A stretch of 64,000 nucleotides of DNA from NCBI GenBank assembly GCA_028534125.1, contig CM052817.1, positions 15,130,001 to 15,194,000 of the forward strand. The letters run 5' to 3'. Made by a program: the position numbers and the translations under genes. Source of the DNA: Lama glama. Taxonomy: Eukaryota. Under the pieces are notes generated by a model. The model did not search any database. It had not been told where the DNA came from and saw nothing but the letters and a program-made list of their open reading frames with translations. Every line of letters starts with the position of its first letter. The stretch's first letter is position 1. Positions 23,516 through 36,639 of this stretch are shown one piece after another.

Positions 23516-26274
23516 AATTGAGTCTGTCACTATCTTTTTGTGTATTGCTATGTGCCAGTTTTTTCCCCTGGCCCCTAAATCTGTTTAGTTGAGCAGTTTC
23601 TATTAATTTTGGCTTTGAAATAATTTTTCCATTGAAGCATGCCTTTTAATCGGCACCTCTCTCTACCTTTGTTGATTTAGCCTAGTCAAGATAAGTGAAT
23701 GGAGTTCTAAACACTGTTCATAGAATACTCTTACATCACTTTGAAACACTGTCATCATCCAGTAACTTAGGCAGGCATAAAAACCTGGAAGTGAATGTCA
23801 TTGGGAATAAGGTCCTTTCGTAGCAATTATGACACAAGATATACAGGCAGTCTGTGGCTGATAGGGGAAAAAAGACCCAAGAAAATAGCTATCTAATAAT
23901 TTCAGGACTATTGGAAATGTAAATAACCTAACACCACAATTCCTCCTTGAGCTTGTTCCCTTTTATTCCTGTCTCCTCTCAAAGGGATAAATATGATTTT
24001 TATGAGCTGCATTTTGGAATGCACACATTTCCAGCGATCATGCCAAGTGCTCCTTTTGTTGTTCACATCTGCATCTTTCGATATGATGAAGAGCCGACAA
24101 GAAAGTCGATTTTGTTTTGTTCCTTTGACAAATAAAGTTCACTTTGGGACACAATTGGAAAAAAAACAAACATTTCATCCATGCCAGAAAACCAAAGTTG
24201 ACTTTTCCATTAGTGGTAGTTACAGGTTGTTAAGTCATATGCAAGGCCCTTGGAAATATTACCCCAGTTTCAGAAATTGGTAATTATATTGACCTTGACA
24301 TCTGTCCTCGCTACATTGTTCCCAGCTCACACAATTAGTTTAGCTGAGAAGGTCACAAAACCCTGTGTTTTAGATCTATTTCTAGTAAGAAGCTCCTTCA
24401 AATCATCGCCCCATGAAGATTACGATATTAAGGGCACAAAGGTATACGTGTATCTAATTGCAGTAATGGTGTTGAGAAAGAATTCGTATGAATCTCCTTT
24501 AGGGAGATTTATTCCATTTGATGGCCTTAATGTACTCTCTTAAAACTGAAATGATTTCAAAGCATTGTTCTACAAAAGATTATCAGCAATTATTGTATAT
24601 GAAAAGAGACAGGGTGGAAGAGAACAATCTGAGAGGTTCACGTTGCAAAATAAACTTCAGGCTTTTAACTGAAGGATGGCAGAGCCTGACTAAAGCCCTG
24701 TGATTCTGGAACTCCCCTGTTTCCTGTGCTCACGCCCTCTCCCACCTCCTGGATCACAATTTGTTGGAAGCATCATTGTTGTAGAAGCACTATGCTGACA
24801 GGGTCTAAATGTAACACTACCTTCCTAAAAAATGAGGGAATCAAATCCTCACGCGAAGAGGAAAATACCTAGTGATTTCCAATATTCTGAAAATAGCAAT
24901 AGTCTATTGGGTTTATTTCATGATTATAAAAGCCTAATAATCTATGATAGCCGAAAGCAAATGTGATTTATTAGGCTCTCTCGCAGACAGAAGATAAACC
25001 CATAATGTGCAGGCAAACATTTTTTTTTTAAAAGGAGCATGTTAAAAAGAAAATAGTCAAGAGCTTGTTTACTCTGTAGCTCCAGAAAGTGATGATTTGA
25101 GGCTCTGAAATATCAGAGCTGATGAATGGTAGAAGCCAAATTATAACTGTTGTTCTATGGTGAGATAAACTTTCACCTCCGTGAAGAAAATATAGATTAC
25201 TGAAACTGATTGCAAGCAATCAGCCCTGTATATTCTTCTTCCCTAACTGAGCAATGTTTGAATTTGTGCCTTTCAGACAAACACATTAATAACATTTAGC
25301 CACTAGGTATTTGTGGAAGAAATTGGAAATTGTTTTTAATTTGTTGGTTTGGTGAAGCGATAATATATTGAGTCATAAGGGAGGGGGGATAAAGAAACTA
25401 TTGGTATAGGATTTCTATTTGCATATGTAAATATGTTAATGCACACAGAGCTCTGTGGTTCTTAGAAACCCTCCCACATGAAGGAAAGGGTTAATAGACA
25501 GGGTGATCTGAAAAACTGCAGGACCATGTTGTGAAATGTGGATTTAACACATAACTCATTGGAGGCCCCCGTGAGTTATGGGCCTCATTTACTGCATATT
25601 ACAGACATTTTTTCCATATTCCTTTTCAACAAGGCATCTGGTTGAAATTAGTTTCATCCTGGGTTTTCTAGGCTCTTTCATGGGTTGTTGTCTGCAACAA
25701 ACTGTGATACTCTTGCTCTTTGGCTCTATAATAAGATGCCATGAGGTACGGTTCTTTAATTACCCCATGAGGCGATGCCCCATGAAAGTGGTCTGTATTA
25801 GGCACAAGCAGAGTAAGAGTTTGAATCAAGAATTCACACTCAGCTGCTGAACTTATAGAAGCTGCAAGTTCCTTACGGATGAGGGGTAAAAGTCAGTGAT
25901 GGCTGAGGTGGAGGCAGGGACAGTTTGGGATGAAAACATTCAAACGCACCTTCAGTTGAGTCAGGAGAGGGGTCCCTGAGATAGGCAACAGCATCCTGAG
26001 AAGGTGAGGATATTAAAGGACCCCGTTTCCAATCACCTAGCTCATAAATCATATTTCCAGGTACTTTACATGATTTATGAGAGGCTGGCTGTCTGCATGA
26101 TCAGTAAGTCACATTAAAAATGGCAACTGGTACTGCCAAAACAGAGCCTCCTGATACCAATCCAGATCTCAGAGAAGACAGATCTCAGCAGACAAGTCAT
26201 CTGAAAGCTGGGGGCAAAACCAGGCATCCAGAGTTTGTTCTCCATCTCTGAAATCCAAAAGGTAAAATTAAAAT

Positions 26275-26410
26275 ACTGAGTGGGAAACACGCTGGGCAGA
26301 AATCATGACCAGTTTGGGCTTTTTCTCACTACTCTAACCTTGGTGAAGTCATTTATTTTCTTTGGACTTCAGATGCTTTTCAGTAAAATAAAGGATTTTG
26401 GGGCCTTCCT
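26275..26410 (+). mobile_element. MIR-family SINE
   Basis: 'taaccttggtgaagtcatttattttctttggacttcagatgcttttcagtaaaataaagg'. Confidence 0.65.
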
Positions 26411-26908
26411 ATTCCTAAATACATATTATGCATATGTAAAATTACATATTCCTATTATGTAAATATGTTTATATCTTGTTTCTTATCTATGTACATATTA
26501 CATGTTATGTGATATGTCTTGTATATAGATATGATAATTCCTTAAAAATGTGAAAGAAGCTGTAGAAAATATAAACATCTTTACATATACATACTTATAT
26601 AAGAAGTGTATATACATTTATGTGCCCATATATATGTGTGAAATAATGTATACATATTATATATAAGAATATTTATTGACTGTTCAGCACTATCAGCTTA
26701 GGGGTTCTTGTTACCTAATTTTACTTGTTATTCTGAAAATCATAAACGCTGACACCTGAAATTGTTACATTTATGAATGAGACTGTAAAGTAGAATCAAG
26801 CACTCTGTTCAGCATTATAGTTGTGAAAAAGTACTATACTGTTTTCCGTTAGAAATAAAAACCTTATAGGAAATTGCTAGTTGACACTGATCTTGCATAA
26901 ATGGAAGC

Positions 26909-27203
26909 TTAAAACAGAAATTTATAAAGGATAGAGAATAAGTTTATGGTTATCAGGGGAGAAAGCAGGGAGTGAAGGGATAAATTGGGAATTTGGAATT
27001 TGCAGATACTAACTACTTTAGATAAAATAGGTACACAACAAGGTCCCACTGCATAGCCCAGGGAACTATATTCAATACCTTGTAATTGCCTATAATGAAA
27101 AAGAATATGAAAAGGAGTATGTATATGTATAACTGAATTCCTATGCTGTACACCAGAAACCAACACGACATTGTAAACCGACCATACTTCAGTTAAAAAA
27201 AAA
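26909..27203 (+). mobile_element. Cetartiodactyl-type L1 3' tail
   Basis: 'gggataaattgggaatttggaatttgcagatactaactact...acaaggtcccactgcatagcccagggaactatattcaata...' ending in poly-A. Confidence 0.9.
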
Positions 27204-27297
27204 CTTTTTAAAGCATGTCTTGTTATTTTATATTAGTGAAAATAAATTCCACTTCAAGAGTGAATTAAAATTAATAATTTTGCTGTTAGGCTTTTAT

Positions 27298-27605
27298 CCT
27301 TTTCTTTTAATTCTTATTTTTCTATTAAAGTGTAGTTGATGTACAATGTTAGTTCTAGGTGCACAGCAAAGTGATTCAGTTATACATATACATACATACA
27401 TATATACACACACATATATTTTCAGTTTCTTTTCCATTGTGGCTCATTACAAGAAATTGAATATAGTTTACTATGCTATACAGTAGATCCTTGTTATTTA
27501 TCTATTTTATATCTAGTAATGTGTTACCTGTTAATCCCAAACTCCTAATCTATCCTCCCCCATTCCCGCCCCTGGCAGCCACAGTTTGTTTTCTATGTCC
27601 AGGAG
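27298..27605 (-). mobile_element. Cetartiodactyl-type L1 3' tail with TSD
   Basis: Antisense tail; TSD gctgttaggcttttat (27282-27297) / gctattagacttttat (27606-27621). Confidence 0.9.
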
Positions 27606-28073
27606 GCTATTAGACTTTTATTCTAATGCAGCTTATCCATGTTTGGATTTTATGTTGGAGGACTGCTACATTTTTTGAAGAGTTCTCTGCAGGAGAAAAT
27701 TCAGTATCTACTGATCTCTTGCAAAAGGCACTCTCTAACCCATGATATTATCTGGAAGTTGTGTTTTCCTGAACACATCAGCCATAAATAAGACTCAACA
27801 GGTCACTGGTAAACTGAGAGGCAGAACACTTAAATGAGCTCAGAATTATTTGACAGATTGGATCAGTTGAGAATTATAAAACTTAAACTTGTTATTACTT
27901 GTTAAACAGGAATTTAGATACAAGTTTCCCCCTAACAAATTGCCCGTTGTCCTTGTAGGTCAAGAGGTTGCTGACCTCTGGTGCCTGTGCCCATTAGCTA
28001 GAACCACTGCCCCATCTCAAGCTTTTATCAGCCACTTTAGGTCAACTTTCCTCCAGATCTGGTTATCTGGTCT

Positions 28074-28413
28074 TGTCTTAGTTAAGGCTGCTGTAACAAA
28101 ATACCATGACTGAGTGACTTAAACAACAGAAATTGAGTTTTCACAATTCTGAAGCCTGGGAAGTCCAAGATCAAGGTACAGGCCAATTCAGTTCCTTGTT
28201 GGCGGAGGAACACCTTCTTGCTGAATCCTCACAAAGTGGAGAGAGAGAGAGAGAGCAAGCAGCTCTCTCCTGTCTTTTCTTATAAGGGCACTGATCCACT
28301 TGTGAGGGCTCCATCCCCATGATCTAACTACCTCTCAAGGTTCTATCTCCAAACACCATCTTATTGAAATTTTTACATATGAATTTTGAGGAAACACAAA
28401 CATTGTCCACAGA
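28074..28413 (-). mobile_element. MaLR solo LTR (MLT1A-like)
   Basis: 'tgtcttagttaaggctgctgtaacaaaatacca...gaagtccaagatcaagg...tcttataagggcact...gaggaaacacaaacatt'. Confidence 0.9.
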
Positions 28414-29299
28414 AGATCACTGGCCCCTTCTTCTGGAGAGAGAATTCTACTGTCTCAATTAGACTCCTGTTGTTTCCTTACCCACTCACTGCCTTCAGTT
28501 CTAATCACTTTCAGTCAAGTTTTCAATGTGCTTCTGGACTAAGGATCATGAGCGGTGACGTTAATCATATTTGTGTCTTTGGCTCTAGCATGCTGGCCAT
28601 AAAGCCAAATTTGACTTTTCTACATGAAACCAGGAGCCATTAAAAAAATATATATCTATATATAAAATTATTTTCATATAGAATATGATTTTTGGAGTTA
28701 GTAAGTAGAATTTATTGAATTCATTTAATGTTGGTTTTATGCAATTAAAGCATTCAGAATAACAAATATAATAAATTAAAAAAAAGAGTATATCATGGAG
28801 AGTGTGTGTTCATTATGTAGCATGACAATATAACTCTTGAAAAACATTCCATACCTACCCATGACATTTCATTTTCAATTAGATTATGTATATTCCCCCC
28901 TAAAAGAAATATAATAAATCAGAGGCCAACAGAACACCTGCAAAATATAGATGGGTTATAAATCCTATAGGTCCTCCAGGCCCTTGATATTTTTTAAAGG
29001 CTAATCCACTGGTGGCCTGTATCTTGTGGGTGTGTGAGTATGTGAAAAAAGTTTGAAAGTATAATCAGCCAATATTTGTCTTTACCTGAATTGCAGAGGA
29101 AGAATGAGAGGGGCAAGAAACATTAAGCCTTATATTTGCTTTTTAATCAATATAGTTTTATATTATTGTCTTCAGAAAATAAGAATGCATTTGCACATTA
29201 CATGTTTAATTTAAAAACATATATTGAGACTATGTTGATATTTCAAGAAGGGTTTTGATCAGATAAATGATCTGCATAGATCATCTCATGATGAATTTC

Positions 29300-31645
29300 C
29301 TATTTTATTTTATGTTTATTAATTTGTATTTATTACTTATTTATCTTATTAAATTATAGTCAGTTACAATATGTCAATTTCTGATGTGCAGCATAATGTT
29401 CCAGTCATACATATATATAATATACACATATATTCATTTTCACTAAAGGTTATTACAAGATATTGAATATAGTTCCCTATGCTATACAGAACAAATTTGT
29501 TTTTTTATCTATTTTTATATACAATAGTTAATATTTGCAAATCACAAACGCCCAAATTTATCCCTTCCCAGTGCCTTTCTCCTTTCCCCTAGTAACCATA
29601 AGATTGTTTACTATGTCTATGAGTCTATTTCTGTATTGTAGATGAGTTCATTAGTGTCTTCTTTTTTCTTTTTTTTAGATTCCACATATGAGTGATATCA
29701 TATTGTAGTTTTCTTTCTCTTTCTGACTTATTTCACTTAGAATGATGATCTTCAGTTCCAACTATGTTGTTGCAGATGGCATTATTTTATTATTTTTTAT
29801 GGCTGAGTTGTATTCTATTGTATAAATATACTACAACTTCTTTACCCAGTCATCTGTTGACAGACATTTAGGTTGCTTCCACGTCTTGGCTATTGTAAAT
29901 AGTGCTGCTATGAACATTGGGGTGCATGAATCCTTTCAAGTTAGAGTTCCCTCAGGATATGTGGCCAGGAATAGATTACTGGATCATATGGTAAGTCTGT
30001 TTTTAGTCTTTTGAGTAATCTCAATACTGTTTTCCATAATGGTTGTACCAAACTACATTCCCACCAACAGTATAGGAGGGTCCCCTTTTCTCCACAGCCT
30101 CTCCGGCATTTATTGCTTGTGGACTTTTGAATGATTGTCATTCTGACTGGTATGAGGTGATACCTCATAGTAGTTTTTATTTACATTTCTCTGATAATTA
30201 TCGATATTGAGCATTTTTTCCTGTGCCCACTGGCCATTTGTATGTTTTCACTGGAGAATTGCTTGTTTAGATCTTCTGCCTACTTTTGGATCAGGTTTTT
30301 TTTTGTTGTTGTTGTTGTTAAGTTGTATGAGCTGTTTATACATTCTGGAAATTAAGCCTTTGTCAGTTGCCTCATTTGCAAATATTTTCTCCCATTCTGT
30401 AGCTTGTTGTTTTGTTTGTTTATGGTTTCATTTGCTGTGCAATGAATTGGGTCCCAATTGTTAATTTTTGCTTTTTTTTCTCTCACCCAGTAGGCTGCCC
30501 TAGGAGAACATTGCTAAGATTTATGTCAGAGAAGGTTTTGCCTATGTTTTCTTATAGGAGGTTTATTGTGTCTTGTCTTGTATTTAAGTCTTTTAGTCAT
30601 TTTGAGTTTATTTTTGTGTATGGTGCAAGGAAGTGTTCTAACTTCATTGATTTGCATTCTGCTGTCCAGTTTTCCCAACACCACTTGCTGAAGAGACTGT
30701 CTTTTCTCCATTGTATATTCTTCTCTCCTTTATCAAAGATTAATTGACCAGAAGTTTGTGGGTTTATTTCTGGGCTCTCTGTTCCATTGATCCATATGTC
30801 TGTTTTTGTGTCAATACCATCCTGTTTTGATTACTATATCTCTGTGTTATTGTCTGAAGTCTAGAAGGGTTATTCCTCCACCTTCATTTTTTTCCTTTAC
30901 TATTGCTTTGTCAACTCTGGGTCTTTTGTGATTTAATATAGATTTAAAATTATTTGTTCTAGTTCTGTGAAAAATGTCATGGTAATTTAATAGGGGTTGC
31001 TTTAAATATGTAGATTGCCTTGGGCAATGTAGCCATTCTAACAATATTGATTCTTCCAATCCAAGAGCATGGGATATCTTTCCATTTCTTTAAATCATTT
31101 TTAGTTTCCTTAATTAACATTTTTCAGTTCTCCATGTGTAAGTCTTTCACTTCCTTGGTCAGATTTATTCCTACATATTTTATTTACTTTTTTGAATACA
31201 ATTTTAAAGGGGATTATTTCTTTCCTTTCTGGATATTTCATTGTTAGGGTAAACTAATGATACTGATTTCTGTATGTTAATCTTGGACCCTACTCCCTTG
31301 CCAAATTCTTTTATCAGCTCTAGTAGTTTTTGTGTAGAGTCTTTAGGGTTTTATATATATATATAATCATATCATCTGCGTATAGTGACAATTTTACCTC
31401 TTCTCTTCTAATTTCTCCTTTGCTGTTCCCTGGGGGTCAGGTCCCACACTGACTTCCTTTTTCTTTCTTTCTTTTTTTTCCTACCAGTTTTGTGAGGATT
31501 TATTTGTATTTCTGATGTAAGGGATATTCTACCAAAGGTCAGTAGGTATTCTCTGTGATTTGCTCTGTATATAGGTGTAGATTTTTCTGTATTTCTGGGA
31601 GATGGTGAGCTAGGCATTCTACTCTTCTGCCATCTTGGTCCTGCA
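29300..31645 (-). mobile_element. Camelid-type L1: 3' ~2.1 kb (3'UTR plus ORF2 from YADD onward) joined to the L1 5' terminus
   Basis: ORF2 frames '[17 protein letters not shown]' and 'ILNHKRPRVDKAI'; RT 'SLYADDMI' (YADD at 31371-31382); 5' end 'gaccaagatggcagaagagtag' at ~31620-31640. Confidence 0.9.
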
Positions 31646-31654
31646 AGTTTTTTC

Positions 31655-31921
31655 TAAGGGCTTCCTCTGACCTCTGCAGCCCACTCCAACTGAGTATGAG
31701 ACTAGAGTTATGGAGGATTAACACCCGCAGAAACTCCTCTCATTCTATGGCTGATGGAAGTTAGTGTATAAATACCCCAGCTCCCTCATATAACTCTGAG
31801 ACACATGTTATCTCTCTACCAGTGCTTCCCTCTGCCAGTTCTCCCTCTACCATCTCTCAAATAAATTACCTCCACTTTAGTCTCAGCAATGACTGTTTCT
31901 GGTGTAAGCAAAACTAACACA
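31655..31921 (+). mobile_element. ERVL LTR 3' portion (LTR16-like)
   Basis: 'ggaagttagtgtataaataccccagctccctca...caaataaattacct...tgtttctgg...aaactaacaca'. Confidence 0.75.
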
Positions 31922-32214
31922 CCATTATAACTTTAATTGGTGTGAATGTTCTAGAATAATTTTTTCAAATTTACAGTGGTACACAATTCACTAACTAGAA
32001 AATACAGATTGGTATTAATGGTTCATTCTTGTTTGTTTGTTTGTTTTTTTAATGTGAGGGACTCTTTTTTGCAACAAATGTTTAGTATCTTCAAAAGAGA
32101 GGAGCTAGGTATTTTGTATGTACTGAATAAGAAAATGCAGATGCATGTCTAGTTTTGAGAACATTTTGAAATAAATTTGCTTATTTGAGTTTTTTTTTTC
32201 TTTCCTAATAAAAT

Positions 32215-32330
32215 TGAGACTCTGTTAGGTCACAAATGTTACTTTGTTCACTATTGAATTTCCAGAGGTGAGAACAGGGACTGATGCATAATAAGTATTC
32301 AATACATATTTCTGAATAAATGAACAATAT
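32215..32330 (+). mobile_element. L2 3' end
   Basis: 'gaacagggactgatgcataataagtattcaatacatatttctgaataaatgaa'. Confidence 0.7.
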
Positions 32331-32579
32331 AGAAGCCCAAGAGTTTTTCTTTGTTTTGGGCTTAGCTACAGTAATTTGTGAATATGGCTGCATGAAAATA
32401 TCTGAGAAATATTAAGAAAACACAAATCCTGGATAGCATCCCCCCAAATAGTAAATTGGGAGGTATAGAGTAGGGTCCAAGAATTTAGCTGTACCCATAC
32501 ATACATCCCATACATACATATATCTATATGTGCATGTGTATTTTGATTTTCTGTTTTTAAACAAGTATCTAATTATTAT

Positions 32580-33085
32580 TTTAGCATTTCAAATATAGTA
32601 ATATTTCTGCATAACAGCTTCTTACAAATGAATTGCTGATCAAAGGGAATGCATTTTACATGTTTGCAAAATAAGACATTGTCAAATTTCCCTCCAAAAA
32701 TCCCAAATTTGAAATATATCAAGTTTAACACATAACAGATTCACACATGTAAGTCAGTCTGTTTCTACACTACCTGTAATTTTTCTTTGATCTACTCCTC
32801 TCTCCTCATACCTGTATCATATTATTTGAATTTCTAAGTGTATAATACATGCTATTATTTGGTAACACAAGACCTCATTATTATTCTACCTTTTAAAACA
32901 TTTTCCAAGACCTCTTGCATATTTTCTTTTCATCTTATCAAGTTCTATGAAATTGTCTTGTTGGGATTTTAGCAGCTATTTAACTGAAATTTCAGTTTAA
33001 TGTGGGGGAAATTAATATATTTACATTTATGTCTTCTCTTCCAAGAACATGGCATATCTGCATTAATTCAGATATTATTTTATGG
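32580..33085 (-). mobile_element. Old L1 fragments (L1ME-like)
   Basis: 'gaattgctgatcaaagggaatgcatt...attgtcaaatttccctccaaaa...ttccaagaacatggcatatct'. Confidence 0.6.
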
Positions 33086-34600
33086 CATCCCTGGTACTTG
33101 AGATAGTGACAATTGAATACAATTTGACTTCTGATTTACTGGAATAAAGAGTGTTTACATCCTCAATGTACTATTTGCAAACTGCTGGTAAAAGACAACC
33201 AAGAACATTTACACCCCATCACGTAGAGAAAAAGCGCAAGCTAATTAAAAAATAAAACACTTGTTTTTTTCTAAAATGCAGTTTTCAAAGACTCCAAATT
33301 ATAAATCACTAAGAAGTTTTTTGTCTTCTGTTTTTATGGTATGAGGCATAGTTAAATTTTAATCTACATTTCAATATCCATTAGTTCTCCGAACAAAAAC
33401 AATATATATCATTTTTGAATTTATTTGTTGATAATTCATGCTTTTATTACATAATTAATTTAAAGTAAATGAAACAGTATGCATCACTTGTTAAATGGGA
33501 AAAGTAAGAATTTGTCTTTATATAGTATGAATACTATTCAAGATTATATTAGCATCTGTATAATATGATATTTAATAATATATGAATCCCAAACCACTTG
33601 TATCTTAAATCACTTATCACACTAACTGAAAGTGATAAAATGATACAAAACAATGAAAGGAGGCTCAGGAGGTGATAGGTGATAGGAATGGGTGTTTTGA
33701 AAGATAAGCAACATTGGGATGTGTTTCTAGAACTTGCTTCCTGTTTCCTACTTTGGAGTTTAGGGTCTGGTGCTCTTTGTTTCTGCTCCTTGTTCTCTTT
33801 AGCTTTTCATTCAAAGTCTCCATCCCTGAGCAGAATGCTGAGAAACTGGAGAACAGGCTGGAAAGAAGTTGAAGAACTTGGCAATCATATATATATAAGT
33901 GTTTTTGAATGAATGAATGCTGCTATTTTCCTTCAAGTTTATGCTTTTGGGCTAAACATAGCAGTAACTTTGGCTACTTTGCATTCCTATCTAGTGACTT
34001 AATTTGAGTAACAGTATTAATATTTTATCAGGAAGTCAGCATTTTCTTTTAAATATGTACTTTTAAAGCTTTATTGAACTCAAACATAGAATTTATGATA
34101 CCTTGAGGCTCAGATATTTTCCATTGGAATGGTGTTCCCTTTCTTTTACAAAAGTCAATCGGTGAATGGAATTCAAAACGCAGAACTTTCCTTTAGTGAT
34201 ATCTAGTGTCACTGTCATTGTTTGGAGAGTTCAAAAATTCATCCTCAGATATAGCTGTCTGGAAATCCACTGTCACCAAGGAGCCGTCCCCATTATTTGC
34301 ATTACGTTATGAAGACGTCTAGTCTTGAGTCCTTTCAGTGTCCAACAGAAATTTTAGTATAAAAATTAAAAATGTTTGTTTTATATTTCACAAGAATTTT
34401 AGTTCTTTTACAAAGAAAAGTCAGAGAAAGCCTAAAGGCAGGTAGATGAATATATTAACTGTTTTCTCCCATTTTTTCCTTTTTCTTCCTCATGTTTAGG
34501 CTCTCTGCTTTAAAACCCAGGAAGAAAAATGTGGCAAATCAGAAAAAGTAGAAACCTGCAAGACTTCCTGGTTTTTGCATCCAAAAGACTAAGTGCTTTA

Positions 34601-34645
34601 AAAACAAAACAAAACAAAACAATAAAGTAAAACAAAACAACAAAA
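34601..34645. repeat. (AAAAC)n-type A-rich repeat
   Basis: Direct read. Confidence 0.85.
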
Positions 34646-35607
34646 TCAGGGGTGGAATAAGATGAAATAATATGGAGCACTTTCTAAGAAGCAGAAGAAA
34701 GGGAAAGTGCTAACCTCAGTCTAGAAAATCATTTCCTGAGGATGTTGGGAGGGGAGGGGTATGTAGGTACCATAGAGGAGACAATACCTTGGCATTACCC
34801 TGAGAACATGGCATAACAGTTGGAGGTAATCAGCTGCTGTCTTAGGCCTAAGGGTCCCAATCTTTCCAAATGCTTGAGCCTCAAAAGTACTAGGGGAGTG
34901 ACTCAGTGACAAACCCGAAAAGATCACATGAGTGAGGCTAAATGCATTTCATCCATAACCACTGTGGGCCAGTGGCTGAAGACTGCAATGAGCCATCCAA
35001 CTCATGCCACTGGAATTGAGCCTAGGATCTCAGCATCACCCTGAGGGGGCAGCCCCAACAATAACTAAGGTTGCTTCCTTTAGAATACGGAGGGAATTCA
35101 AGGGAATAATTTGGTATTTTTCAGCACATATACCTCTGCAAATTCTAATGAATTTGACAGACACTTTCTCACCTGTGATTGCTGTACTTATTCTTACATA
35201 AGTCTAAAATTCTGAATATTTCTCCCCTTAAAACTGACCTCTTTTCCCAGCTGTTACAATGTTTGTGTATGTATTTGTATCAGAGAGCCTTTTCCCCCAG
35301 GCAGTGAGTAATGGGGTACAGGGCTATAATAATCTACCCCTTGGGCTGCCAGTAATGGAAATCAATTTGAACTACTTTACATAATAAGGGAAAATTCTTT
35401 ATAAGGCTACAGGTGTGTTTGGGGGATTTGAGGGCATAAATGCAGGAGGACCTTTTTTTTTTTTAATGAACCCAGGACTTCATGCATGCTAAGCATGTGC
35501 TCTGCCACTAAGATATATCCATCCCCCATTGAACCTTGAAATGGGGCTGAAAACAGGAAATGGACAGACATTAGCAACTCTCTCTGCTGGCTTCTTTTGA
35601 ATGTCTA

Positions 35608-35690
35608 CCCTTCTCTTTTGTCCTCTTCTCTTCTTTCTTCTTTCCTCTCCTCCCCCTCCTCCTCCTTTTCTCTCTCTTTCTGCTTTTCCA
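35608..35690. repeat. CT-rich polypyrimidine low-complexity tract
   Basis: Direct read. Confidence 0.85.
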
Positions 35691-36496
35691 TCTCCATTGC
35701 AAAATCTTGCACTGAAGTTCCTCATTGGGATGCTGCAGCTGACTAGAGGGATCTAAGCCCCAAAATTTGGAAAGATAAAATTTGATGGGACAGGAGGCTT
35801 TTCTCAGTTCTAACACATAGGAATGTTCATGTTTTTCTCCTCATTATAATCCTGAGTCCTTCATGCAGACAGACCACTAACCATCCAGCATCACATCTTT
35901 CTTGACATAGCCAAAATGGCCTGATCTAGTGGCATGTATTCATCTAAGGCTGTCATGTAAGGCTCCCTATTTGAGTATTGAGTACTACATATAAGTGAAA
36001 CTAGCTGAACATATACTTATGAGAAACACATAAAAGCTTACATGAAAGAAACATAAAGCAATTAAGTATATAGATTATGTCCATGGAATAAAATCTTTTC
36101 TTTTATTTCCCTTCCTTTTCCAAATCTTCCTCTATATGTACTTAATAGCATGCTTAACTTTCCTTTCTTCTTTCTTCTTCAGAACTAACTCCCAACCATA
36201 TTTCTACTGGCCCCTTTCTTAAAAAAAAAAAAAAAGCTATGATTTTTCTCTTTGTAATGTAATGTAATGATATTTGACGTGAATTCTTGCCCATCTTGCC
36301 CATCTAACTTCCTGGCCCTCTTCCCGGTGCACAGGAGGCTAATAGAGCCTATTTGCTAAATCATGGCTTCATTAATCTCATTCCTTTACCTCTAATTTCA
36401 CCCCCTTCACAATTTTAAATGGATCCTGAATTTTCCACTTCCAACTGATCTGCATTTTTCTTGGTTGTGTGCTGTTGAACAGCTGCTGTTTTCTCC

Positions 36497-36510
36497 CCAG
36501 AAGGGGGCGG
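36497..36510 (+). promoter_or_regulatory. Candidate CTCF core motif
   Basis: CCAGAAGGGGGCGG has one mismatch to CCASYAGRKGGCRS. Confidence 0.35.
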
Positions 36511-36639
36511 GGGATGGTTTCCATGGAGATGGTGATGACTCTGCTCAGATATGGACCTTTCCAATATTCCTACTGCATTGGTAATTTCTAACATCCATTC
36601 CACGTGGAGCTTCTAAGTAGTTTCATTTCCTTTTGGCAA

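Noticed and set aside
33100..33640. Possible hAT/Charlie DNA transposon remnant (a similar case at ~53200-53430)
   Set aside because: Similarity too faint to name or delimit by eye.
35039..35052. Second CTCF-like motif CCCTGAGGGGGCAG
   Set aside because: Three mismatches in the 5' half of the core.
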